Below, piece by piece: positions 1 to 12,760 of a stretch of DNA of 64,000 bases. Position numbers and translations under genes: made by a program. This DNA is from Eledone cirrhosa (taxonomy: Eukaryota), in NCBI GenBank assembly GCA_964016885.1, contig OZ024743.1, positions 257,424,001 through 257,488,000 of the forward strand, written 5' to 3'. The notes under the pieces were generated by a model, which was not told the origin of the DNA, did no database searches, and worked only from the letters and a program-made list of their open reading frames with translations. How positions within the stretch are numbered: the stretch's first letter is position 1; the number at the start of each line of letters is the position of its first letter.

Positions 1-244
<244 letters not shown>

Positions 245-1097
245 GAATCATTTTAATTACTGGATCCCCACTTCCTTCGACCCACCACTTCTTATTAAGC
301 CGTCTTGAATGAGGAATTCGAAAATAGATATGAAGAATGCTGGATGAAACCGAAGGAGAAGAAGGAGAAATATATCTAGTATGACATACTGTCTTCAATA
401 TCTACAGGACATATACAGGACTTAAAGTGTTCATAATAGCAATTGTGAACAACTAATTAGCCTTTTACTCTTCATTATAGTTAAATTCTACCATGATGAA
501 TTCTGCAGCCTGAAGAAAGTAAATTATGATTTTCAAGAAATGTTTGCCAGTTTTCAAAATGCTCATTTGCAAACTGATAAAAAGGCTTTTAAAATTATAC
601 TATATTATATAAGATTCAACATTTTGAAATTTTTATGTTTTAAATTTTCATGTTTTATGATATACTGCCCTTGCAAAATAATGAAGAATATGTTAATTAT
701 AATATATAACAAGATTTCTCTCTATACACTGAGAAATGAGGAGACAAAAATCTCTGAAATGCAGAAAGGTAATTCTTATGTCTTCTCTGTATAACAAAAA
801 GATAACTGAAAGTGTTTACACTTCACTCCTTTGACAGTTTTGTGTATCTGTCTTTTTGTCACACACTAGATGTATACGTTAAATAATACTATATATTCTC
901 AAGAGTTCTAATGTGTGACAGACAAGGCAATAACCAAGAAACAATATTATTGTCGATTGTTTCTCTCTGTCACCGCTAGGACAAAAGGAGGAGGATGGTC
1001 ATCTAGAACACATAGTGTAATGAGGCTGTTTGCTTGCAAATGAATCGAATATTATCATTATTTGATATAAAACTCACAAATGCATGTATTTAAATAC

Positions 1098-1147
<50 letters not shown>

Positions 1148-1300
1148 AGATGCACATACAGATACATAAGTACATAAGTATATATGTGTATACAGATACA
1201 GATACATAAGTACATAAGTATATATGTGCATGGTGGCCCATCTTGAACAGTTTTGCTCAATGACTGAAATAATTAAAATATTCATTTAATCAGAGCTATC

Positions 1301-1673
1301 TATCAAATTATAAATGTGAGGAAAAAATAGGTAAAAATATGCCTATTTTTTCTTCAAAGTCTCGGCAGCAGTTTTTCTGACTGGACAGCTGCAATCATGC
1401 ACTGAAAAAGTGCACCAGTGTTGTGAGACCTCTCAAATGAATTGGCTACTTCTTGAACTAACCGTTACAAGTGAATAATTTTTGGGAGGGAGAAATCATC
1501 ACGTAGTATTGCAGTCAAAGAAGGGAGGTAAAATCTGGACGTTTAACAAGTACCACATTTGCTAGAAAAAGTAGCCAGCACTTTTTCGGTGCACAATTGC
1601 TGCAGACTAGTCAGCAAAACTTTGAAGAAAAAATAGGTATATATTTGTCTATTCTTTCCTCACATTTATAATT

Positions 1674-1678
<5 letters not shown>
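1301..1678. mobile_element. MITE with ~60-bp terminal inverted repeats
   Basis: TATCAAATTATAAATGTGAGGAAA...CCTATTTTTTCTTCAAAGT at 1301-1360 is reverse-complemented at ~1618-1678; TA ends; no ORF. Confidence 0.75.
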
Positions 1679-1713
<35 letters not shown>

Positions 1714-1719
1714 ATATAA

Positions 1720-2058
1720 TAAAACACACCCAGTCTACCGTGTAAAGAAGTAGTACTGGTACCACAAAAAAAAAGCACCCAGTCTCTTCTGTAAGGCAGT
1801 AGTGGTGGTGTCATTAGAAAAGGACCCAATACACCCTGTAAGATGAAGGAACTGTTTGTAATGCTTGTGTCCCTCTCCCAAAGCTCCTAGCTCATGCGGT
1901 AAAGTGCTTAACATTAGGAAGGGCATTCAACCATAGAAAACCAAGCCCAAATGGAGCAGATGAGCAAGAAGTAGTCAGCTGACCAGTCTAGACTCATAAT
2001 GTGACAGTCTGTCTAACCCATCCAAACATGGAAAGTAGACATTAAATGATGATAATGA
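1720..2058 (+). mobile_element. RTE-derived non-autonomous SINE-like element
   Basis: Tandem GCACCCAG...TGTAA units, TAGGAAGGGCAT motif, and RTE-type tail ACCCATCCAAACATGGAAAGTAGACATTAAATGATGAT resembling the 3' end of the RTE at 51.4 kb. Confidence 0.7.
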
Positions 2059-2168
2059 ATCCTTGATTAGATGTAGAAGATCAATGATCATCATCACTAA
2101 AGATCATAATAGCCTGGTTTATCATTGTTGTGTTTGGATGTCAGGATTATTTGGGATTATTTAGGGCA

Positions 2169-2382
2169 CTGGATTGCCAGTGTCATTAAAGTGTTGGACA
2201 AATACTTTGCAGCATTTAGTTATTCCCAGTTATGTTTTGAGTTCAAATCCTGCTGATGTTTACTTTGGCTTTCATCCTTCTGGGGTTAATAAAATAAAAT
2301 ACCTGTCATGTACTGGATTGATGTAATTGGCTTTCCTCTTCCCCAAAATTAATAGTCTTGTGCCTTAATTAGAAATCATTAT
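2169..2382 (+). mobile_element. tRNA-derived SINE (diverged)
   Basis: B-box-like GAGTTCAAATCC, core CTTTCATCCTT...AATAAAATAAAATACC, tail CTTGTGCC...AGAAATCATTATT. Confidence 0.7.
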
Positions 2383-2724
2383 TTGGAGCTGTTTATTTGT
2401 TGAAATATTAGAATCTCTGGCAGTAAATCAAAATTTATTTATTGTAAGTGAAAGGAAAGTACAAACTTGCCAACCATCTTAGCATAAGGAAGTATAAGAA
2501 ACTAAGAATCAGGTTTCTCATTTTTGAAAGATAATAAAGGGGAAACAAGTAACAGTACACTTATAAATGAAAGGTCAATTAAGATTATAACAATATGTTA
2601 TTGCATTTGATGCCCTTTGGTAATTTTGAAAAAATTTCCATGTATGCTTTTCTGCTCATATTGTTGCTTTCTAGTTTCTATTTTCTGTTCCTATATCTAA
2701 TATCTCCTTTCCTTGTACTGCTAT

Positions 2725-3796
2725 CATTTAGTTACGTCCCTTTACGGTCTGAGTTCAAATCTTGCTGAGGTTAACTTTGCCTTTCATCCTTACAGGGTCG
2801 ACAAAATACAGTACCAGTAATGTACTGGATAATTGCTGGCCTTGTGCCAAAAGTAGAAACAATTATTATTATTATTATTGTCAAGGCCGTGGATTGGCAG
2901 TATTGGTAGAGGGTCGGATGCCATGCTTTGCAGCATAGAGTCCTTTATGATCTGAGTTCAAATCCTGCCAAGGTTAACTTTGCCTTTCATCCTTACGGGG
3001 TCGATAAAATAAAGTATCAGTCACATACTGGGGTCGATTTAATCGACTTTTCCCTCCCCCAAATTAATGGCCTTGTGCCTATATTAGAAATCATTATTAT
3101 TATTATTGTTATAAGTGCGGTGGATTAGCAGTATCAGTAGAGCGTCAAACAGCATGCTTTGCAGCATAGAGTTATGGCTCTTTATGTTCTGAGGTCAAAT
3201 CCCACCGAGGTTAGCTTTGCCTTTCATCCTTACGGAGTCAATAAATTAAGGTATCAGTTATGTATTGGGGTCGATTTAATCGACTTTCGCCTTCCCCCAA
3301 AATTGCTGGTCTTGTGTCTATATAAGAAATCATTATTATAATTAATTGTTTCTACTTTTTGGCACAAGGCCAGCAATTACCCAGTACATTACTGGTACTT
3401 TATTCTATCGACCCCGGAAGGATGAAAAGCAAAGTAAACCTCGGCGGGATTTCAACTCAGACCGTAAAGAGACGTATCTATGCTGGAAAGCATGGCGTCC
3501 GACTCTCTATCATTAGAGTTAACTCCCTGTATGATCTGAGTTCAAATCCTGCCGAGGTTAACTTTGCCTTTCATCCTTCCGGGGTCGATAGAATAAAGTA
3601 CCAGTAATGCATTGGGTAATTGCTGGCCTTGTGCCAAAAGTAGAAATAATTATTATAATTATGCCATTCTGAGTTCAAATCCCACCGTGGTTAACTTTGC
3701 CTTTCATCCTTATGGGGTCGATAAAATAAAGTATCAGTAATGTACTGGGTAATTGCTGGCCTTGTGCCAAAAGTAGAAACAATTATTATAATTATT
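2725..3796. mobile_element. Stack of six copies of one tRNA-derived SINE family (five +, one - at ~3345-3505)
   Basis: Repeated GAGTTCAAATC..G..GAGGTTAACTTTGCCTTTCATCCTTACGGGGTCGATAAAATAAAGTA.CAG and tail GCTGGCCTTGTGCCAAAAGTAGAAACAA(TTA)n. Core resembles Meta/MESC-type SINE cores (inference). Confidence 0.9.
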
Positions 3797-6148
3797 GTTG
3801 AGTTATTTCATTTAGATCTGTTCTATTACCGAGTTCAGTCCTTGAACCTAGGGCAGTTGAGTTTTTCATTGTACAGAGAGAACTCATCTGAGAATGTATG
3901 CTTTTCCTAGTAACCCAATCTTCTGTAGCTCATATTTGCTGATCTAGCAGGGAAGGGCACTAAGGTGCAGCTCTGATGATTTGGGTATTAATCCTAGTGC
4001 TCCTATTATCACAGGGATAGTGTTTGATGTTCATACCATTTGTCAGAGGTTTGGATGTTATGACAGCGGCAGCGCATCCAGTGCACATATTTGGCAATGC
4101 TGCTGTATATTTCTGTATAATCAGTTTTTGCCAGCTCTGGACACCCAGAGATAACATGATCTACCATTTCTTCGTACTTGTAGCATATTCTGCATAAAGG
4201 GTTAGTCCCATCTTTCACTATTCTGTGTCTATAGGCTTGAGTGTTTAAAGATTGGTTTTGTGCAGCATCTAGGAGTCCCTCAGTCTCTGCTTTCAAACCA
4301 GCAATTCTGACATGGATAGTGAGACATGTTGATTGATATCTTTGTCAGAATGTCATTCTGGGAATCTACCATGTAGATTAGTTCATCTGTTTGGAATTTC
4401 TTTGCTTTGATCTTTACAGTCCTAGCTAGCTGTGCAGCACTATGTTGTTGAGTTTCTATGGATATGTCTTGTTCCCTGTTCAGTTATTGGCTAAATTTGC
4501 TTGCCTCTTGTTTTTATTGAATGTAGTTTTTTAAATTCATCTCAGGTGTGGTAGAGATAGCTATCCAATCCAATGGTTGCGGTTTTGTATGCAGCTTCCA
4601 GTTGTAGGATCCCTCATCTATCTTCTCTCCTTGAGATATACAGCCTATGTACATTGGATTTAGGATGCTGTGTTTTTTGAGTTGTCAGTAGTTTCCAGGT
4701 CTTAGTGTCCATCCTTTGTAGTTCTTACAGGTTCCAGTTTATGATATTAAAGCAGTATGTTACCACTGGTACTGTTAGACAGTTAATGGCTTTGAATTTG
4801 TTGCAGAAGTTTAGCTCACTTTTTGTTACCAGTCTTACCCCCACCCAACCCCCCATATGTATTCCTTCTGTATCTTTTCCTTCATACATGCATGCTGAAT
4901 TCCATTTCCTTCATTAACTCAAAGATATTTGTAGAACTCTTCATTAAGTTGTTTTATGGTAGTTTGTTGGTGTATGACAATATATTTATGGTTAGAGAGC
5001 AACCCTCTCTTGAATGTGGCTTTTGCACACTTTTGCAGTCCAAATTCCATATGGATTTCATCACTGAATTGTTTCATTGTGTGCAGTAAACCTTCCAGCT
5101 ACCCTTCATTGTTTCCCAATAGCTTGATATCATCCATATAAAGGTGACTGTAGTGTGTTTTGTCTACTTTATATCCATAGCCTGTCCTCTGCTGTAACTG
5201 ACTTAGTGAAGCAAGTGACATACAGAATAGCAAAGGGAAAAATAAGTCACCTTGGAAAATTCCACGATTGATCAAAATCTGCCTAGATTCTAGTGGTCTG
5301 TTGTGGTGTTGAAGGACTATCGTAGTTTTCCAGTTTGTCATCATTACCTTCAAGAAAGTTGTGATCTCATGTGCTATATGATACATTTCTAGTGTCTTTA
5401 TGATCCATGAATGGTACGCTGTTGAATGTCTTCTTGTAGTCTATCCAGGCCATTGACAGCATTTTTTCTTTTTCTGTTTACAGTTTTCCGTTATGAATCT
5501 ATTTATCAGTAGCTGATCTTTGCACCCATAACTCTCATTTACAGCCTTTTTGGTGGCAATAGATCTCGACAGATGAGGTAATTGTAGACCCTATTGGTAA
5601 TCACTGATGTGAGGGCTTTGTCTATCATTGGGAGACATGTAATTGGTTCTTTGGATTTTCTGTGCATTCATTCTTCATTAGAAGATATGTTACACCAGTT
5701 GTCATCCAGTTTGGGACCTTTCTTGGGTCTGCTACCATCCTTGAGAATTCAGCAGCTTTATGGAGCACATCCAGATGTTTCAGCCATAAATTCTGCAAGC
5801 TATCTCTGCTAGGTGATTTCCAGTTTCCAACATTGCTGACTGCTGTTTTTATTTCTTGTGAGGTGATCTCATTCCATTCCTGGGTGCAAGCAGGGATTTC
5901 CAATTGTTCCAGCTATGGGTCATTGGAGTTGTGGTCTTTAGCTTTTTTTTTCCAGATATTTGCCCAGAAGTGTTCAACCTCATCAAGTTCAGGTGGTTGT
6001 CTTACTTCAATATACTTCTTGCCTAATCCTCTGTAAAATCTTTTAGCATCTTCGGCAAAGATTTTGTTCTATTTAAAGAACTAGGTTCTTTTGTTTACAT
6101 CATCTTAGCCTCTGCACCTTTGCCTCTATCTTTTACTTGATTGGTTCA
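3797..6148 (-). pseudogene. R4/Dong-clade non-LTR retrotransposon, 5'-truncated and decayed
   Basis: Fragments RGIFQGD..PLLFC, HLYMDDIKL, MEFGLQKCAKATF, ETEGLL.AAQNQ and CCHC (CRIC...DHVISGC); many stops and frameshifts; (TAA)n on both flanks. Confidence 0.88.
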
Positions 6149-7449
6149 TTATTATTATTATTAATTTTACTATTATTTGTTATTATTGTTTTTATACCTA
6201 AATGTGATTCTCCATCAGCTCCCCCATATAATCTTCCCTTGAGATTATCAGAAATAAACACCTGCAAATTCCTATCTATACAGAAATGTAATGGAATTGG
6301 TTTCATTTAATCTATTTATCTTATCGTTACGTTTTTCTTGCTTTTTACTTTTCATTTGTGAATCTGCAGATTTCTTTTGTTTTTGTTTTACATTTGTGAA
6401 TCTGTGGATTTCTCTTGAACACATATTTACTTATTCATAAATCAAAAAGCTATAATTATGAAACTGCTCACTTAAACTATTCTTTTTAAATGTTTGGAAT
6501 ATCTCATCCTTGGAGAATTCATGTAAAATTTACGGAAGCCATCTAAGAATTCCTTTTCGTTACCCAAAATAGGAATAATGGATACAGGAAACTGACACGT
6601 CGGATTGACAAAAACAAATAAACAAAAAAACACTGCATAATGGAAAACCTACTCAACACTTCTCATTAAAATGGTATTTGGGTGGAAACTAAATAGATAT
6701 TTGATGCAATGAATAGTTTTAAAAAGTGTTTTTTTTTACCCTCACAGAACATGTTAATGTTGGAATAAATATGTATACTTATTCTTTCTCAGGAATAAAT
6801 CATTCTAAAGATTTGTATTTGATTCTTCTGGGAATTGCAAAATAACCACTCAACAACTATATTTTGGTTTTGGTTGATTTAACTCTTTATTGTGCATATG
6901 GTTTTATTCAACAAACTTTAATTAAATTATATAGTGTTTGCAATAAAAGAAACAAAAAAAGAAAGGGAAAAAATTAAGAAGAGTAAGGGGAAAAGGCGGA
7001 AGGGGTCAGCGGATTCTACACACCTAGTCTAGGTGGTCTATCTCAGCTGTGTCCTGCAAACAAACTGACAAAGGCATTGCTATGGAGAAAAGCCAGCAAC
7101 ATTCACTGCATCAGCCACTCCACCTTTCAGTATTCCTTTTTTGTGCTGTATGACAATATATTTATGGTTAGAGAGCAACCCTCCTAATTTTGTGAAGGAA
7201 AACAGAATTCAGGGACCAAGAACAACACAGGTCTTGACTGCAATTGGCAGGAGAAAGAACTGGTTGGTCAAGTCCCAGTTTTTGGTACTTATTCTTTAAA
7301 TTGGTAGTTGTCAGTTTATGTTAATAATTAACATGTGCTAATGATGAAGAAAACATATTGTTTACAATCGTTAAGAAACAACATGTTTGTTCAGAAGAGA
7401 AATATACCAGTTGAAATGCATGTAAAAGAGACAGTCATTATAGCAGAGG

Positions 7450-8150
7450 AGAAGGGTGGTGGATTGGCAGAGTCAGTAGAACATTGGACAAATACCGAGC
7501 AGTATTTGTTCAGATTCTTTATGTCCTGAGTTCAAATCTTGTTGAGGTAAATTTTGTCTTCCATTTTTATGAGTTTGATAAGATAAAGTAACAGTCTACT
7601 AATCGAATACTGGAGTCAATAAATTTAACTGTCCTTTCTCCACAAAATAGGTGAAAATGTTTAGCAGTATTTGTTCTGACTCTCAGTGCTCTGAATTCAG
7701 ATCCAACTGAACTTGACTGGACTCAACATTGCTTTTCATCTTTGTGGGATCAATAAAATAATGTCCTAATCCAGGTCAGTGGATTGCAAAAATCGTTAAC
7801 CCATCTAATATAACACCTTTCAGTATTTTTTCATCCTTTTGTGGTTGATGAAATAAAGTATTAATTGGAGGAGCTAGATTGCCAGAATTGGCAAGAACAT
7901 CTTGCAAAATTATTAAAGTAGTTACTTCAGTATTTTTAACAGTACATAGCCTAATTGTTAGGATGTTGGACTTATGATCATAATTCTATTGATTTGATTC
8001 CTGAACAGAGTGCTGCATTGTGTTCTTGAACAAAATACTTCATTTCATGTTGCTCCAGTACACTTAGCTGAGAGTGAGAGTCAACAAAATCTGGGAGTTA
8101 ACCCTGCAATAGACCGGCATCCTATCCAGGGAGAAGCCTTTTACTCTCAT
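7450..8150 (+). mobile_element. Degenerate tRNA-derived SINEs, ending in a CORE-like SINE (~7945-8150)
   Basis: GGTGGATTGGCAG heads, GAGTTCAAATC, and TGTGTTCTTGAACAAAATACTT..TTCATGTTGCTCCAG core. Confidence 0.6.
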
Positions 8151-8648
8151 TCAATTAATGCCAGCTTCAGACAGACTTTATATTTCACTGTTTCAGCTCT
8201 TTACATTCTGAAGTTTTACATAAAACTATGTGGGTTATTTTGTTTTGAGATAAATGTAAAGACTTTAAAATGAATAAATGAGTAGTTTTGTATTGTAGAA
8301 CCAGGGGCAGGTGTTGTTTCAGGTGGCTTAATATCAGAACAGTTAAGAATATGTTTTCCAGCTTTTACAATGATTATTTGATAAAATCCTGCTAACAACC
8401 AACAAAACATGTTACATTCCCAACTAACATGACAACTATAATACCAAATATTTCTTATGGGAGTATATTTAAATTCAAAAAGCAAAAACAAACCTATTTT
8501 TAGATATGTGTATTTGTGTTTGTATGTATGTGTATGTGGGGATATATGTGTATGTATTTGTATGTATGTATGTGTTTATGTATGTATGAGTATGTGTGCA
8601 TGTGTATATGTTTATGTCTATATATGTCCGTGTATATATATATATATG

Positions 8649-9011
8649 CAGGGGCGAAGGGTGCGTGCATGCGTAATAGAATCTTGAATTGATCAATTGC
8701 ACGCTTGAAGCAAGCAGAATTTAGGCTGCTTACTAAATCGTAGACACATAAAAAAGTTAACACACACACACACACATACACACAAACACACGACAGTGTC
8801 GGTTAAAGCAACCAGAATTTTGGCTGCTTACTAAATCGTAGACACATAAAAAGATAACACACACACACACACTAGATAACACTACATGCGGCTTTGAGCG
8901 GGAGGGTCATTTGGAGGGAATTGGGGGGAGGGGGGTAAGGCTGCACAGCCCCACTTTCCACCATGGTGATTGGACTGCAAGCCCTGCTTTACAGGTTACC
9001 CTTCGCCACTA
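8649..9011. mobile_element. hAT-like MITE
   Basis: TIRs CAGGGGCGAAGGGT / ACCCTTCGCCACTA; 8-bp near-TSD TATATATG / CATATATG; internal ~60-bp duplication (8710-8770, 8807-8870). Confidence 0.7.
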
Positions 9012-9748
9012 CATATATGTGCATATATGTATATGTGTGCATGCATGGGATGCTACAAAACAGTAATAAAATATATTATTTAGGTATTTTAAGAGCTACT
9101 ACTATAAAACTATAATAGATTTCCATTGAGAACATAAGAAATATCTATGTAACTTATTATTTTAAGGTTTTCTTCTTCATTCTTCTGTCATGTCATATCT
9201 GTTAAAGTATTTGACAGAGTTCCCCTTATCTTCTTCCTTATACCTCCTTCTAACTCTCTCACTTTCTGTATTTCTTCCCCTTTTTTTCTTTGTTTTCTTC
9301 AGTGCTCTCCTCTTCACACTATCCCAAGTGTCCTCTCTCTCTCTTCATATCTTGCATTCATTCTATATCATTTTTTCTTCTACCTCACCTCTCTCTATCA
9401 ATATGTACAAGGTAAGTGGGGGTATGTGCATATGTATATATAAATATAGCTTTAACTGTGTATATGTATGTATATATACACAAATGTGCATATATATATA
9501 AATATATATATATATACACATATATATGTGCATACATATATGTCAATACATATATACATACTTATACTTATATACATACACATATATATATATACATGTA
9601 TATATATACATATATATATACACACATATATATATATATTTATATACATATATATACATCATCATTATCATCATCATCATCATCTTCGTATAACGTCTAT
9701 CTTCCACATATATCTTCCACGCATATATATATATAGATATATATATAC

Positions 9749-9804
<56 letters not shown>

Positions 9805-9927
9805 TGTTATGCTTTGGTAGGGTCATGTTGCCAATAAGAAACACATGCACCAATTTATAATAAATTTAAGAATTTATAAATTTCCGGCTGATTATTGGTT
9901 CCATAACCAGACGGTTGTTCATATATT

Positions 9928-9970
9928 GTCAAAGTTCTTTCGTCACACATTCTGTGACCTCTTCAGTGAC
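9928..9970 (-). ncRNA. Minimal type-I hammerhead ribozyme motif (PLE pLTR)
   Basis: GUCA-CUGAAGA-G-GUCACA gaaug UGUGAC-GAAA-G aa C-UU-UGAC; very short stem III. Confidence 0.6.
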
Positions 9971-10980
9971 TGGGGATTCTTTTCTTTGTTTTTGTGCCTC
10001 TCCTTTGTTCTGTCCTATGCCATCTTGTTTTTGTGTGTGTTGTGTACTTAGTTTGCGCATGTGTCTGTGTGTGTTTATATAGGGTGTCTGTGTGTGTTTA
10101 TATTTGTTTATTTATTTGTTTATTTACATGTTACTGGTTGGTTGTTTGTTCTATGTGTGTGTGTTTTCATTTTGTCCTTAATTGTAAGTTGTAATGTTGC
10201 TATTCCATTCATGTTTTCTATGCAATTTTGGTTTGAGTTCATTTATGTTTATTGCCTCTGTGATTTGTCTAAACATTGCGTCTTTTCTGTGTGTAGATTC
10301 TATTTTTATTTCTATGTTCTCTAATTTACCCTTATGTTCTATTTTAGCATGTTGGTGGAGTATTGATGATTCTTTTTTATCTTGAAGTTCTTGCCAGTGT
10401 TCATTTAACCGGTTTGTCTCAGCTATGTACACTATATTCTTAAGAATATAGTGTACATTCTCCTATACTACGAGCTGTCTCACCTATGTACACTATATTC
10501 TTAAGAATATAGTGCACATAGGTGAGACAGCTCGTAGTATAGGAGAACGGTTAAATGAACACTGGCGAGAACTTCAAGATAAAAAAGAATCATCAATACT
10601 CCACCAACATGCTAAAATAGAACATAAGGGCAAATTATAGAACATAGAAATAAAAATAGAATCTACACACAGAAAAGACGCAATGTTTAGACAAATCACA
10701 GAGGCAATAAACATGAATGAACTCAAACCAAAATTACATAGAAAACATGAATGGAATAGCAACATCACAACTTACAATTAAGGACAAAATGAAAACATAC
10801 ACACACATAGAACAAACAACCAACCAGTAACATGTAAATAAACAAATAAATAAACAAATATAAACACACACAGACACCCGGATATAACACATGCGCAAAC
10901 TAAGCACACAACCCACACAAAAACAAGATGGCATAGGACAGAACAAAAGAAAGGCACAAAAACAAAGAAAAGAATCCTCA

Positions 10981-11023
10981 GTCACTGAAGAGGTCACAGA
11001 ATGTGTGACGAAAGAACTTTGAC
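10981..11023 (+). ncRNA. Minimal type-I hammerhead ribozyme motif (PLE pLTR)
   Basis: Mirror copy of the 9928-9970 motif: GTCA CTGAAGA GGTCACAGAATGTGTGAC GAAA GAAC TT TGAC. Confidence 0.6.
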
Positions 11024-11399
11024 AATATATTAACAACCTTCCGGTTATGGAACGAACCAACCAACCGGAAATTTATAAATTCTTAAATTTAATTTAATTT
11101 ATAATTGGTGCGTGTGTTTCTTATTGGCAACATGACCCTGCCAAAGCATAACAATATCGGTTTCAACACACGTTTTCAGATAAAGAATCTTGCTAAACAA
11201 ATTCAGAAACGAAATATATATATACATATATATATACATACATATATATATAAATTTACATTTATACATATATATATATATACACACACACACACAATTG
11301 TCTTTAACAACATTTATCAATCTTTCTCTTGACTTCTGTTGTTATATTCTGAATCTGAATATAAATTTCTTATGATAATATTTAGTCATGAAATATTCT

Positions 11400-11660
<261 letters not shown>

Positions 11661-12469
11661 ACTGATAATTTCTGAGAACATGATTCTAGTCTTCGACAAA
11701 TTTATGGCTTTTTCTCTCATCAAATTTTCGTTCAATTTGTTGGGGTATTTTTCTTTCATCGCATTTTTTATGAAAATTGTAAATTATGTTGAAATAATTG
11801 CTGTATACAGTATGAAGAAGAAACATCATTGTTTTCATTGACACAGTTTATACATTGTTTTTAAAACATTTACTGCACTAAAATCTGAAAATTATCTTTT
11901 TTTTATAGCTCCACTGTGTAACATACTCAGTACTGTTAGCTTATATCACAAAATTAATGTTGAAGCCATTTGTCCCATCCAACAGTAACATATGTGACAA
12001 ATTGACTGAGTCATTAGAAACAATAGAATACCTTGAGTTATTTGTTCCAGCTGTCTGAGCTCTGTGTTGCACTGATTTTCCCTTTTGCGGGGATTACAAA
12101 ATAAGGTACCAGTCCAGGTTAGTTGATTAGCCAAGTTATCAGACAAGATAACTTGTGTTATTTTTTCTAGCTCTTTCCGCTCTCCATTCAAATCCTGCTG
12201 AGGTCAACTCAGACTTTCATCCTTTTGGGATTGATAAAATAAAGTACCAATCCACTACAGGGTCAGTTTTTCTGTTATTTCTCTTTAACACATTTTTCTT
12301 CCTTTCTCTGTATCAGGAACAAGTCAGTTGTGTTCAGACATGGAAAGTGATGGACTCTCTGCCAGGCTCAAAACTTTGTGTGACACTGTATGTCATGATG
12401 GCACTCCTATGACTCAATCAGGAGTTCAGGGCTTGTGGCTAGATAGATACATTTTACCACTAAATGACA

Positions 12470-12760
12470 CAAGTAGTGATAGGAAGGGCATCTAGCTGTT
12501 GCAAACTTGTTCAATAAAGGATTGTAAGGACTCCTCTGCTGTGTCAAAGACATGGCAACGTCTTAGTGTTGGTGCCATGATAAAATGCAGAAAGTGCAGG
12601 ATTGTAAGTCTGGCCCTTGGGCTACAAGTAATCTACAGAGCATGGAAACGCCTGTAAGTAGAATGCATGCCCATCTGGAGTTCGGTGGTTCTGCTTGAGT
12701 ATTGGCTGGTCTGTGATGACATCCAACTTTTGACAACAGAAAGAAATTCATTTAGGAAGT
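12470..12760 (+). mobile_element. RTE-derived SINE-like element (related copies at ~13250-13540 and ~29180-29457)
   Basis: TAGGAAGGGCATCTAGCTGT..AAACTTG, GTGTTGGTGCCATGATAAAATGCA, shared downstream block. Confidence 0.6.

Larger units (their letters stand above)
9803..11215. mobile_element. Inverted (fold-back) Penelope-like element remnant: two GIY-YIG 3' ends plus pLTRs
   Basis: ~9803-10450 is the reverse complement of ~10500-11155. Arms encode YIGETARSIGERLNEH...RQITEAININELKPKL..KHEW (C-terminal GIY-YIG). Flanked by (TA)n. Confidence 0.88.

Noticed and set aside
300-345. Hammerhead-like CTTGAATGAGGAATTCGAAA
   Set aside because: Core is altered and stems I and III cannot be formed.
2885-2970. 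tRNA gene
   Set aside because: A/B-box-like SINE heads that do not form a cloverleaf and continue into the SINE core.
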